Positions 47,855-56,722 of a stretch of 64,000 nucleotides of DNA are shown piece after piece. Position numbers and translations under genes: made by a program. Where the stretch lies: the NCBI GenBank assembly GCA_043805415.1, contig JAZDHZ010000007.1:29786-93785 (forward strand), written 5' to 3'. The notes beneath the pieces are model-generated. The model did no database searches. It was not told the origin of the DNA and saw only the letters and a list, made by a program, of their open reading frames with translations. Origin of the DNA: Candidatus Omnitrophota bacterium (GTDB lineage: Bacteria > Omnitrophota > Gorgyraeia > B26-G9). Each line of letters opens with the position of its first letter. Position 1 is the first letter of the stretch.

Positions 47855-49555
47855 CTAGTTTATCCTTTTATAAATATGCACATTTTCATAAGTATTATCA
47901 TTTTTAAGATCATCCAAAACAATAGCGTTTATTTTTTGAAACTTTTCACGCATTGCAACCAGGCTTATTACATCAGCATCTTTAACAATTAACTGATTGG
48001 CGGTTTTTAAATTCATTTGCTCAAGAAACCGGCGGAAACTTTTTTTTGTTATCCATTGCTGGTCTGAGCGGCTAACAAAAATCATAATATCAAAATCATT
48101 TAATCCCGCCCAAAACACATCAGAACAAAACGAAAAATCAACTATTTGCGCTTTTTTTTGCGGTTTTAAACCAACTAATCTGACAAAATATGAAGGGAAA
48201 AATAAACCGATATTATCATTATCATAAAAAATCCCCACTTTAGCATCGCTATTGCCGATATTTTCCAGAACTTGGTTAACATCATAACTTCCGTTTTCCG
48301 AATAGGTTGCGTTTATTTTTGGCAAAGGCGGATAATAAGTAGCATAAAACATTCTATCTTTGCCCAATGAGAGCCGATAATAACTGAAAATGCTTATACA
48401 GATAACTGCGGCTATAATCAGAATTCGGATGAATTTTCTGTTTATGCTTGCTATTGCTAAACCAGTTATCAATCCAAAAGCCGGCAAATAAGCAATCGTG
48501 TATTCCGCGTATTTAAGTTTAATGAACGTAAACACGCAAAACGGCACTAATCCCCATAGGATTAGGATATATTTTATATATTTCGTGTTTTCTATATCTT
48601 TTGGATTTACTTTTTCTTTTAAGATTACTTTATCTTTTGCGTTTTGTTCAATCATGCCAAAATTAAAAAAAGCCGCGATCAATAGGAATAAGAAAAAAGC
48701 TCCGATTGTATTCAGCAATGAAACCAAATAATAACTAAGATGTTCAAAGGAAAACAGATTGTTGTTATTTACCGCTCCGATAAAGCCAGCTCGGTTCAGC
48801 ACACTCAGATAAACACCTTGATTATAGTAAAAAATAGAACTTATTAAAACCCCGATGCTCAGACAGATAAACAGATTAAGCTTTCTTTTATCCAAAATAA
48901 GACTTGCTTGTTTTTGGGAAAAGCATGCCCATAAGTAAAAACCCATTGGCCCAGAGATATAAATAAAAAATGTCTGTTTTGTCAGCATGCCCAAGCCTAA
49001 AAAAACACCCAGAAAAAAAGAAAATTTCAGATTCTGAAAAAAGTCAGTTTTAAGCAGAAAGTAAATACTTACCGCGCTCATAGCCGAAAGCGCGAGTTCA
49101 ATACTAAAATGCCGGGATGAGAGAAAAATCATCGGATACATGCCGCAGATAAAAGCACTGATGATTCCGGCAAGCGGGCTGATCCGGTTCGCGATAGCAT
49201 AAACACTTAAAAGCAAAATAATCAGATAAAAAGTATTGGTCAGCAAAGCCGCGTTCATAATAAAACTGCCTAATAGTAAATTTACTATACAAGCGCTGGC
49301 ATAAAACAAAGGCGGATAATCAATCACCCCGAAAACCAGATTATAAACCAGGCTTTTTTCCTGGCGATAAAAAGGATTATGTTTCCCGTTTTCAATAATC
49401 TGTTTAAAATTAGAATACGCGGTTAGATGCGCGTAGCTATCCTTGCCCTCGGCCAAAGGATGCTTGGCTAAAAAATAGAGATTATTCGTAATATGAAAAA
49501 TAATTAAAATTGCTAGTAACCCCAGGCATATGTATTTTATTTTTTTTTCATTCAT
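47855..49555 (-). CDS. ArnT-like GT-C membrane transferase
   Basis: KDSYAH, YPPLFY and GLGMLTKQT motifs; multi-TM plus C-terminal soluble domain. Confidence 0.8.
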   Translation of the reverse strand: MNEKKIKYICLGLLAILIIFHITNNLYFLAKHPLAEGKDSYAHLTAYSNFKQIIENGKHNPFYRQEKSLVYNLVFGVIDYPPLFYASACIVNLLLGSFIMNAALLTNTFYLIILLLSVYAIANRISPLAGIISAFICGMYPMIFLSSRHFSIELALSAMSAVSIYFLLKTDFFQNLKFSFFLGVFLGLGMLTKQTFFIYISGPMGFYLWACFSQKQASLILDKRKLNLFICLSIGVLISSIFYYNQGVYLSVLNRAGFIGAVNNNNLFSFEHLSYYLVSLLNTIGAFFLFLLIAAFFNFGMIEQNAKDKVILKEKVNPKDIENTKYIKYILILWGLVPFCVFTFIKLKYAEYTIAYLPAFGLITGLAIASINRKFIRILIIAAVICISIFSYYRLSLGKDRMFYATYYPPLPKINATYSENGSYDVNQVLENIGNSDAKVGIFYDNDNIGLFFPSYFVRLVGLKPQKKAQIVDFSFCSDVFWAGLNDFDIMIFVSRSDQQWITKKSFRRFLEQMNLKTANQLIVKDADVISLVAMREKFQKINAIVLDDLKNDNTYENVHIYKRIN

Positions 49556-50410
49556 TTATTTTTCCGGATTAGCTACTTGAATATTAACATCATCCACTAA
49601 TACCATTGGTAAAGGCATTCCCCGCGCCTGGTTTAAGGTAATTTCCAGCATTATTGCTCTTCCGTCATTAGGCACAGTTCCCTTTAATTCAATATATTCC
49701 CATTGGCTGCAAGCCGAGCCGGAAACACTGGCCAGATTATCCCATTGGCCATTAGGCTTAAGCACATTAACTGTAAATTTTATAATATCTCCTTTATACC
49801 ATAGACTTGCCTTTACATCCGCGTTGGGTAAAACCCCTAACCAGCATTCTGTCTGTCTATAACTATAAGCGTTATTAATCAGGCTTTTAGCCGTTTTTTT
49901 TGAATAATGATAACGGCTAGCCGGAACAAGACATTGAATTTTCAGACAGCTGGGCGCGGAATGAAACTCCTTACTATCAATACTGGCAATACTTTTTGAA
50001 TTAGGAAATAATTTCCCGCCATCAGAAGTTACCCAATGCTCCAAGCCCTGGTTAAAATCATTGTTCTCGAGTTTATGGTCAGGACTAAAATAATTTTTCT
50101 CAATATGAGTTTTAATATATCTCTCCGACTCAAAAAACTGTTTATAAAAAAAGCCTTTTATCGGCTCATAAAATATCCAGAATGAAAATATGGCCGTCAT
50201 TGCCAGGATTAAAATTATCTGAATCGGACCAAGATTAATCGCGTCTTCATCAACATTTGACTGCTCAGGATTTTTCTCCTCCTCAAAAAACCATCGAATA
50301 ATTTTCAACAGTTTATTTTCTTTCTTTGTTTTATGATCCTTGGGATCTTTATTCTCCTTACTCTCTTTATCTGCCGCATTCTCTTTATTGCCTTTATTTT
50401 CCTGATTCAT
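49556..50410 (-). CDS. Membrane-anchored protein with a probable carbohydrate-binding (CBM4/9-like) domain
   Basis: Low-complexity K/E/N N-terminus, one TM, then LENNDFNQGLEHW...SLWYKG...VLVDDVNI, typical of galactose-binding-like folds. Confidence 0.6.
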   Translation of the reverse strand: MNQENKGNKENAADKESKENKDPKDHKTKKENKLLKIIRWFFEEEKNPEQSNVDEDAINLGPIQIILILAMTAIFSFWIFYEPIKGFFYKQFFESERYIKTHIEKNYFSPDHKLENNDFNQGLEHWVTSDGGKLFPNSKSIASIDSKEFHSAPSCLKIQCLVPASRYHYSKKTAKSLINNAYSYRQTECWLGVLPNADVKASLWYKGDIIKFTVNVLKPNGQWDNLASVSGSACSQWEYIELKGTVPNDGRAIMLEITLNQARGMPLPMVLVDDVNIQVANPEK

Positions 50411-52085
50411 CGCCCCTCCTTTTTACCAGAAAATCGCCTATAGCCAGATAATCCAGCCCGCTTTTCTGAAAACTGTTTATCGCGTCTTGCGGACTGCGGA
50501 CAATCGGTTCTTCATGAATATTAAAACTCGTATTTAATACTCCCGGAATATTGGTAATCTGTTTATATTCAGTAAGAATCTGATACAAATCATTATTTGA
50601 CTCGCCACAGACAAACTGCGGCCGGGTTGTCTTGTCTTTGTGCACAGCCGCGGGACAGGTTCTTTGAAAATAATCCGTTGCCTTAAAACTTATATTCATA
50701 AACTGTCCGGAATATTCCGCCTTTTGCGTATTAACGCAGCATTTTGACTTATATTCATCAAGAATACTTGGACCAAAAGGCATAAATCCGTCTCTGCGCA
50801 GTTTAATGTTCAGAGAATTCTGGATATCGCTGTCTGTGGCCTGCGCCAGAATCGAGCGGTTGCCCAAAGCTCTTGGCCCAAACTCCATCCTTCCACTAAA
50901 CCTGGCGACAACTTTTTCCTGACTAAGCAATTCGGCGATCTGCCTATGAATATGATTGCTTTTTATATATTCAATTTTTAGAGCTTCCAGGGTTTCTTGG
51001 ATTTGCTCATTTGAATAGCTTGGCCCCCAGAAAACATTGTTTACTTTAAACGGCTTTTGTTTTTTAACGAAAAAAGCCGCGCCTAAACCTAATCCGCCGT
51101 CCCCCATATGCGGACAGACAAACAACGTTTCTACCGGCGCGAGTTCGCAGATTTTCTGATTAACTTTTATATTAGCAAAAAATCCGCCGCTGAGCACAAC
51201 TTTGGAAATACCGGTTTTCTCAACCCAATAAGCCACTATTCGCTCTAAACAATCCTCAGCCTGTTTTTGAAAAGAAGCCGCGACTTCCTGTTTACTGAAT
51301 GTTTTTAAGCGGCTGAATATTTCCCTGTCTTTAACAAAAGGATTCTTTGGTTTAAATCTGCCTTTTTTTACGCGCAAAAGTCTGATTGCCTGCTCTAAAG
51401 CCGGGTATTCATCACCATAAGCCGCCAGTCCCATTACCTTGCCTTCATCCTGTATCGGCTTAAACCCGAGAAATTCAGTTAAGCGCGAATAATAAAGAGT
51501 TATATCATTTAAAGCGCTTTGCCGGAATAGCGGCTTTATTATTCCGTCCCTGCCGATATTAACGCTAAAGGACACGCCGTCGCCTAATCCGTCAATAGTA
51601 ATAATCAAAGCATTGTCAAAGCCGCAAATACTATAAGCGCAATAAGCATGCGCTGTATGATGGTCAACACTAATCACTTTGGCTTTAATTCCCAGCCTGC
51701 TTAATTTTCGGCTTAAAACCCCGCGGCTTAAAAACGCTTCGATTTTTTTAAGCAAAATAAATTTTTCCGCCAGAACCTGATAAGTAATATACCCGGCTAA
51801 TAAAAAGCTGAATTGCTTATTGCCGCTTCTAAGCTTAGCATGGCTTTGGGAAAATAACCTTAAAATAAATGCCGGAGTCATGTCCGAAGCCGCGGCAACC
51901 AAACTGACATCTTCGGGTTTTATTTTCTTTAAACGTAAAACTTCTTTGATTGACAAAACCGGAAATCCGCCCTGAAGTTTAATCCGGCTCAAACGCTCTT
52001 CATTAACCGCGACAATTTCAGGGGATTGACTGCTGAGCAAAGCCGCGCCCGCGTCCTGGCTGTCGCAGATTCCGAGTATATACAT
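50394..52085 (-). CDS. O-carbamoyltransferase (NodU/CmcH/TobZ family)
   Basis: EERLSRIK, HHTAHA, DGLGD, EGKVMGLAAYG, RMEFGPRALGNRSIL and LNTSFN motifs. Confidence 0.95.
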   Translation of the reverse strand: MYILGICDSQDAGAALLSSQSPEIVAVNEERLSRIKLQGGFPVLSIKEVLRLKKIKPEDVSLVAAASDMTPAFILRLFSQSHAKLRSGNKQFSFLLAGYITYQVLAEKFILLKKIEAFLSRGVLSRKLSRLGIKAKVISVDHHTAHAYCAYSICGFDNALIITIDGLGDGVSFSVNIGRDGIIKPLFRQSALNDITLYYSRLTEFLGFKPIQDEGKVMGLAAYGDEYPALEQAIRLLRVKKGRFKPKNPFVKDREIFSRLKTFSKQEVAASFQKQAEDCLERIVAYWVEKTGISKVVLSGGFFANIKVNQKICELAPVETLFVCPHMGDGGLGLGAAFFVKKQKPFKVNNVFWGPSYSNEQIQETLEALKIEYIKSNHIHRQIAELLSQEKVVARFSGRMEFGPRALGNRSILAQATDSDIQNSLNIKLRRDGFMPFGPSILDEYKSKCCVNTQKAEYSGQFMNISFKATDYFQRTCPAAVHKDKTTRPQFVCGESNNDLYQILTEYKQITNIPGVLNTSFNIHEEPIVRSPQDAINSFQKSGLDYLAIGDFLVKRRGDESGK

Positions 52086-53042
52086 TTAAACTTTTTCCTT
52101 GTTCTCTGGTTTTATTCTGTAACTGGACTGGTCGCGCATACCGGAATAAAGCCGGATAACAATCTCGGCTAAAATCCCGATTAAAATAAACTGAATGCCA
52201 ATTATAAAAAAAAGCACGAATAAAAATAAAAGCGGGCTGACCCACTGCCCGGCCCATAAGACTTTGCGCAGAACGATAAACACGCCGATGAGTACGGAAA
52301 ATACCACGGAAACCAGGCCAATGCCGCCGAATACCTGCATCGGTTTGGCCATGAATTTCCAGGTAAATAAAATCGTCAACATATCCAGGATAACTTTAAA
52401 AAACCGCGACGCGCCGTATTTTGAGCAGCCGTGTTTTCTTTCATGATGGCGCACCGGGATTTCACCGATCTTCGCTCCCTGTATGGCCGCGCATAAAGGT
52501 AAAAACCGGTGAATATCCCCTTTAAATTCAATATCTTTCAGCACCTTCGCTTTATAGGCTTTTAAGGTACAGCCCAGATCATGCAGTTTTACCCCGGTCA
52601 AGCGGGCGCTGAGAAAATTCGCCAGCGCTGAAGGCAGTTTTTTGCCCCAGAAACTGTCCCGGCGCTTGATCCGCCAGCCGCTGACCACATCATAGCCCTG
52701 GCTGATTTTATCCAGCAGTTTGGGGATATCCCGCGGATCATTCTGCAGATCAGCATCCATAGTCACAATCAGCTTGGCCAAAGCATTATCCACACCCGCG
52801 GCAATTGCCTGGGTCTGTCCGTAATTTCTTAAAAAGGTTATTATCCGCGCGTGCTTATCGGCTTGGGCTATTTCCTCAAGCTCCTGGCTGCTGTTATCCG
52901 TACTGCCGTCATTAATAAAAATAACTTCATAATTAAAATCCATTTTACTCATCACATCAGTAATCTGCTGATCCAGGATCTTAAGATTGCCCTGTTCATT
53001 AAAAACCGGGATGATAATCGATACTTGAATATTATTTTCCAT
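52086..53042 (-). CDS. ArnC/GtrB-like polyprenol-phosphate glycosyltransferase (GT2)
   Basis: IPVFNE, NDGSTD, RNYGQ, MDADLQNDP and HRFLP motifs; two C-terminal TMs. Confidence 0.92.
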   Translation of the reverse strand: MENNIQVSIIIPVFNEQGNLKILDQQITDVMSKMDFNYEVIFINDGSTDNSSQELEEIAQADKHARIITFLRNYGQTQAIAAGVDNALAKLIVTMDADLQNDPRDIPKLLDKISQGYDVVSGWRIKRRDSFWGKKLPSALANFLSARLTGVKLHDLGCTLKAYKAKVLKDIEFKGDIHRFLPLCAAIQGAKIGEIPVRHHERKHGCSKYGASRFFKVILDMLTILFTWKFMAKPMQVFGGIGLVSVVFSVLIGVFIVLRKVLWAGQWVSPLLFLFVLFFIIGIQFILIGILAEIVIRLYSGMRDQSSYRIKPENKEKV

Positions 53043-53060
53043 GTTATATTATCCTATTTA

Positions 53061-54215
53061 TTATTGCCATGACTGAGCGTAAATATTCAGTAAATTCTCT
53101 GCCGTGGTCTGCCAATTATACAGTTCTTCCGCTCTTTGGCGCGCTTTTTTGGCTAATCTCCGGCGCAAAGGTTCATCCTCCAAAAGTTTAATTATCCCGC
53201 GGGCTAAGTCCTCGGAATCTCCGGGTAAAGTAAGGATTCCGGCTCCGCCAAGCATCCGCTTTACTTCCCCAACATCACTGGCGACAATCGGCTTACCGCT
53301 GGCTAAATACTCGGCGATTTTAAGCGGGCTTTTACACTGGGTAATGTCATTATCCTCAAAACAAGCCACGCAAATATCAGTTGCCGCTAAGTACAGCGGC
53401 GTTTCTTGATGGCTGATTGCCCCGGTAAAAATAATCTGCTTAGCCATATCCATATCCTTAGCCATTTTTTTTAATTCCTCCAAACGGTAACCGCCGCCGA
53501 TAATAAAAAAAATTATTCCTTTCATCTGATTGCTGATCATTTTGGCCGCGCGGATAAACTGCTCCGCGTATTGGCCGCCGTGCAATTGGCCGAGATAGCT
53601 GATGATCGGGCCATGAATATTATACTTTTCTCTGATCCGGACAGGAGAAATATCCGGATTAAATAAATCAAGATCCGCGCCCACCGGAGCCATGGCGATT
53701 TTATCTGGCTTAATGCCGTATTTAATACACTCCTGCTTCAGGCGCTGGCTGGAAACCGAGATAGTGTCGCAAAGATTCGGGATATAGCGCTCTAAAGCCC
53801 AAAGAAAACTGCCGGCCAAACGCGGCTGTTTAGCGCAATAGTAAAATATTTTTATTTCCCAGTCATCCCAGTCATAATGTACTGGCTTATTATTTATAAA
53901 ACCCGCGAGCAAAGCCGGCAATGCCGCGTAATAAAAACACTTTTGGACATGAATTATATCCGCCCATCTGGCCTGAGCGCGGACACGGCCGATATTCTTA
54001 AAATAATTATTAATTCCCAGCCTCCGGCTTAAAGGAATATATTCAATGCCTTGGATTGTAAAATCAGCCTGCTGCTCCTGATATTCCAAAGGAAAATAAA
54101 TTATTTTCACGCTATGGCCTTTCCGCTTAAATTCCTGGGCGATTTTTTTAATCCGGATCGTCCAGGGCTCTTTGCGCGAAAACAAATCATGGGGATGAAT
54201 CATTAATATATTCAT
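53061..54215 (-). CDS. Glycosyltransferase family 4
   Basis: YDWDDWE and KSPLKIAEYLASGKPIVASDVG motifs; paralogue of 39617. Confidence 0.92.
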   Translation of the reverse strand: MNILMIHPHDLFSRKEPWTIRIKKIAQEFKRKGHSVKIIYFPLEYQEQQADFTIQGIEYIPLSRRLGINNYFKNIGRVRAQARWADIIHVQKCFYYAALPALLAGFINNKPVHYDWDDWEIKIFYYCAKQPRLAGSFLWALERYIPNLCDTISVSSQRLKQECIKYGIKPDKIAMAPVGADLDLFNPDISPVRIREKYNIHGPIISYLGQLHGGQYAEQFIRAAKMISNQMKGIIFFIIGGGYRLEELKKMAKDMDMAKQIIFTGAISHQETPLYLAATDICVACFEDNDITQCKSPLKIAEYLASGKPIVASDVGEVKRMLGGAGILTLPGDSEDLARGIIKLLEDEPLRRRLAKKARQRAEELYNWQTTAENLLNIYAQSWQ

Positions 54216-54254
54216 AAAAATTCCTTAATGTCTTTATCACTATACGCTTTTAAG

Positions 54255-55072
54255 TATTGCGTTGTGAGTCGTGCGTATTGCGCAAAAAGAACTAACAAAT
54301 AAACAACTAATATGCTTTTTCGCTTTTTCTAACCGCTATTCGCTGTACTCAATACTATTTTCTTTGTGACTTTGTGTCCTTGTAACCATCGTATCGAAGG
54401 CGGTCCGGAATCAATCATTTTGGCTCATTCTCGCATTACATCCTGTAATGCTCCGAGGATGAATCTCTGATTTTGTCAGTCCTATCAAAATCAGGCTTCA
54501 AACCCGCCTAAATAATTATTCCTGCCCTCCAAAGTGTACAGTTATTAATTACGAATTTTTAGTTTTTACCATTAGCCATCGACCATCATCCATTAGCCCT
54601 ACGCTTTTACTTTGTGACCTGGTGACTTTACAAACTTTATAAACTGTTTTGTCTTGTGTCCTTGCGTAGAGCAACTTTTTCTAAAGATGATCATCATCTT
54701 AAAAACAAATTAATAAAGAACTAAACGCTATTCGCAGATAGCTAATGACTAATGGTCACTAGTCTATTCGCCAGGCGAAAATTCTCTTTTAGCGGCGCTT
54801 TAAATGAGAGCCTGACTTACTGAGTGTTAGCGAAGTCAAGTCAGCCTGCTCGAATTTAGTCCGAAATAGCTGCGACCTAGCAGATATTTTCGGAATCATT
54901 AGCGAGAACGCGCGGCTGAGCCTGTACGATGCAGGCTCAGGCTTAGCTAAAAGATGTGTTTTTGCCTGTCAAACAACTCTTGCGTGTCATTAATTTTTAA
55001 CACGTTAACCTATTACCCCTCAACCTGCTTTTCTGCTTTGGCTATAAGTCATGCGCTATGCGCTAAACGCTA
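54255..55072. repeat. Non-coding patchwork of degenerate 7-8-mer tandem arrays and hairpin elements
   Basis: tattgcg-ttgtgag-tcgtgcg-tattgcg; accatta-gccatcg-accatca-tccatta; aaacgct-attcgca-gatagct-aatgact; hairpins GCATTACA/TGTAATGC and CTGATTTTG/CAAAATCAG. No ORF of 60 aa or more in the track. Confidence 0.7.
54772..54968. other. ~197-bp multi-hairpin element bounded by imperfect terminal inverted repeats (MITE-like or structured RNA)
   Basis: Ends CAGGCgaaaattcTCTTTTAGC and GCTAAAAGAtgtgtttttGCCTG enclose three stems: 54812-54844, 54861-54893 and 54916-54940. Confidence 0.55.
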
Positions 55073-56722
55073 TTAGTTTCCTGGGAAAACAATCGATTTC
55101 CGGATTTTCTTTAAAATTAATAAATAAAACTCAATAATAATACTTGCGCCAAATAAAGCCAAAAGCAGGATAAACTTAAATATTTTATGTTCGCGCTTAA
55201 ATTGTCCCGGATTAAGAACAGTTAAGTCCTTGTCCTTGTCCTTGTTCTTTTTCTGATTCAAAATTTCTGTTTCTTCAATTATTAAGCTATCCTTTGCTTT
55301 TGGATTAAAGTTTTCATCCTGGTAATTTACAATCAGGTTTTTAATCTTTAGCTCTTTAAGTAGATCACAGATCCGCTTAACCCGCTGATTCCGCTCGGCC
55401 TGGGATAAATTATTTTCATCTGTCCATTTGCCTGGATCAAGCGGGTCAAGAAATTTAATCCCAAAACGCCGCGGATAAATCCCCACGTCAGAACCCGGCA
55501 TCAGCACAAAAGAAGAAACATTGGTCACCTGAGATATATATTTACAGTTGCGCTTAATAAAATCAATTGTCTGCTGAAAATCCTCTTCAGTCTCCCCGGG
55601 AAAACCGACAATAATATTCAGGCTTCCCTGGATGCCGGCTTTAAAGCTTTTTTCCAGCACTGCCTGGGCATCAGCAGCTGTATAATGTTTGTTCATTTGC
55701 TTTAAAATCCTGTCTGAGCCGCTTTCCAGTCCATAACACAAAGAATTACATCCGGCCTGTTTCAGATCATCGAGCAGTTCCTGAGTCATGTTTTTTCTGA
55801 TTGCCGCGTAGCTGATCCAGGTTAAATTAAGCTTTTCTTCCCGGATTTGTTTACAGAGCTTATCCAGAGCATGCGGATTGCCGTTACAAAGCAAATCATT
55901 AAACTCAATATGAGTTATATTGTATTTCTGTTTAAGATATTTCAGCTCTTGAATTATAAGCTCCGGGCTTTTCATCCGGAAACTTCCGCAAATATACCAG
56001 TCAATACAATAACCGCATTGATTGATACAGCCGCGGCTAAGCAGCATGGGCAGCGGATGATATTCGCTGTTTTTATTATAGCGGTTTAAATCAAATTCCT
56101 GGAAATCCGGATAAGGCAGGCTGTTTAAATCTTTTATCGGCTGCCAGGGCAGATAGGCTATATCTGCCGAATCTTGGGCATAAAGCAGTCCCGGGATTTT
56201 TGAACATAAATAATCCGCGGACGGATTATTTGAAAATTCCCGGATGAATTTTTCCAGGGCCAGCTCGCCCTCGCCGATTATAAAAAAATCAATGTTTTTG
56301 GTTGCAATCGCCTTTCTGTCCCAGCTGTGATAAATCCCCGGTCCTCCGAGAATAATAACTTTGTCGGGATATTTAAGCTTTATTTTATCCGCGGCAAATC
56401 CGGCAAAAACCGCGCTGATCAGATTATTGGCGGAAAAGCCGATGATTTTATACTGTTCCAAACTATCAACAAACCGCTCAATATGGTTTTCAAAAGCCTG
56501 AAAAATATTTTCGGCGATCTTTACCGGCTTGATCCGGTTGATTTCAGCCAAATGCCAAAACAGCTGTTGTTGGGAGTCTGCCTGTTCGTATAAATCCAGA
56601 TTTAAATCAAAAATATCTGCCGCTAGGCCTTTGGCCCTTAAGTACGCGGATAAACAAGCAATGCCCAAAGGCGGCATTACCACTCCCCAGGGCGGACAAT
56701 TAACTAAAATTAATTTATTCAT
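55073..56722 (-). CDS. B12-binding-domain radical SAM protein with a C-terminal TM-like segment
   Basis: PPLGIACL, ILGGP, IGEGE, SRGCINQCGYC, YGLESGS and IVGFPGET motifs. Likely start at 56722, overlapping the upstream gene's stop. Confidence 0.92.
   Translation of the reverse strand: MNKLILVNCPPWGVVMPPLGIACLSAYLRAKGLAADIFDLNLDLYEQADSQQQLFWHLAEINRIKPVKIAENIFQAFENHIERFVDSLEQYKIIGFSANNLISAVFAGFAADKIKLKYPDKVIILGGPGIYHSWDRKAIATKNIDFFIIGEGELALEKFIREFSNNPSADYLCSKIPGLLYAQDSADIAYLPWQPIKDLNSLPYPDFQEFDLNRYNKNSEYHPLPMLLSRGCINQCGYCIDWYICGSFRMKSPELIIQELKYLKQKYNITHIEFNDLLCNGNPHALDKLCKQIREEKLNLTWISYAAIRKNMTQELLDDLKQAGCNSLCYGLESGSDRILKQMNKHYTAADAQAVLEKSFKAGIQGSLNIIVGFPGETEEDFQQTIDFIKRNCKYISQVTNVSSFVLMPGSDVGIYPRRFGIKFLDPLDPGKWTDENNLSQAERNQRVKRICDLLKELKIKNLIVNYQDENFNPKAKDSLIIEETEILNQKKNKDKDKDLTVLNPGQFKREHKIFKFILLLALFGASIIIEFYLLILKKIRKSIVFPGN

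Noticed and set aside
54216-55072. CRISPR array or tRNA
   Set aside because: Repeats are short, degenerate and lack unique spacers; no tRNA D- or T-loop signatures; no cas genes.
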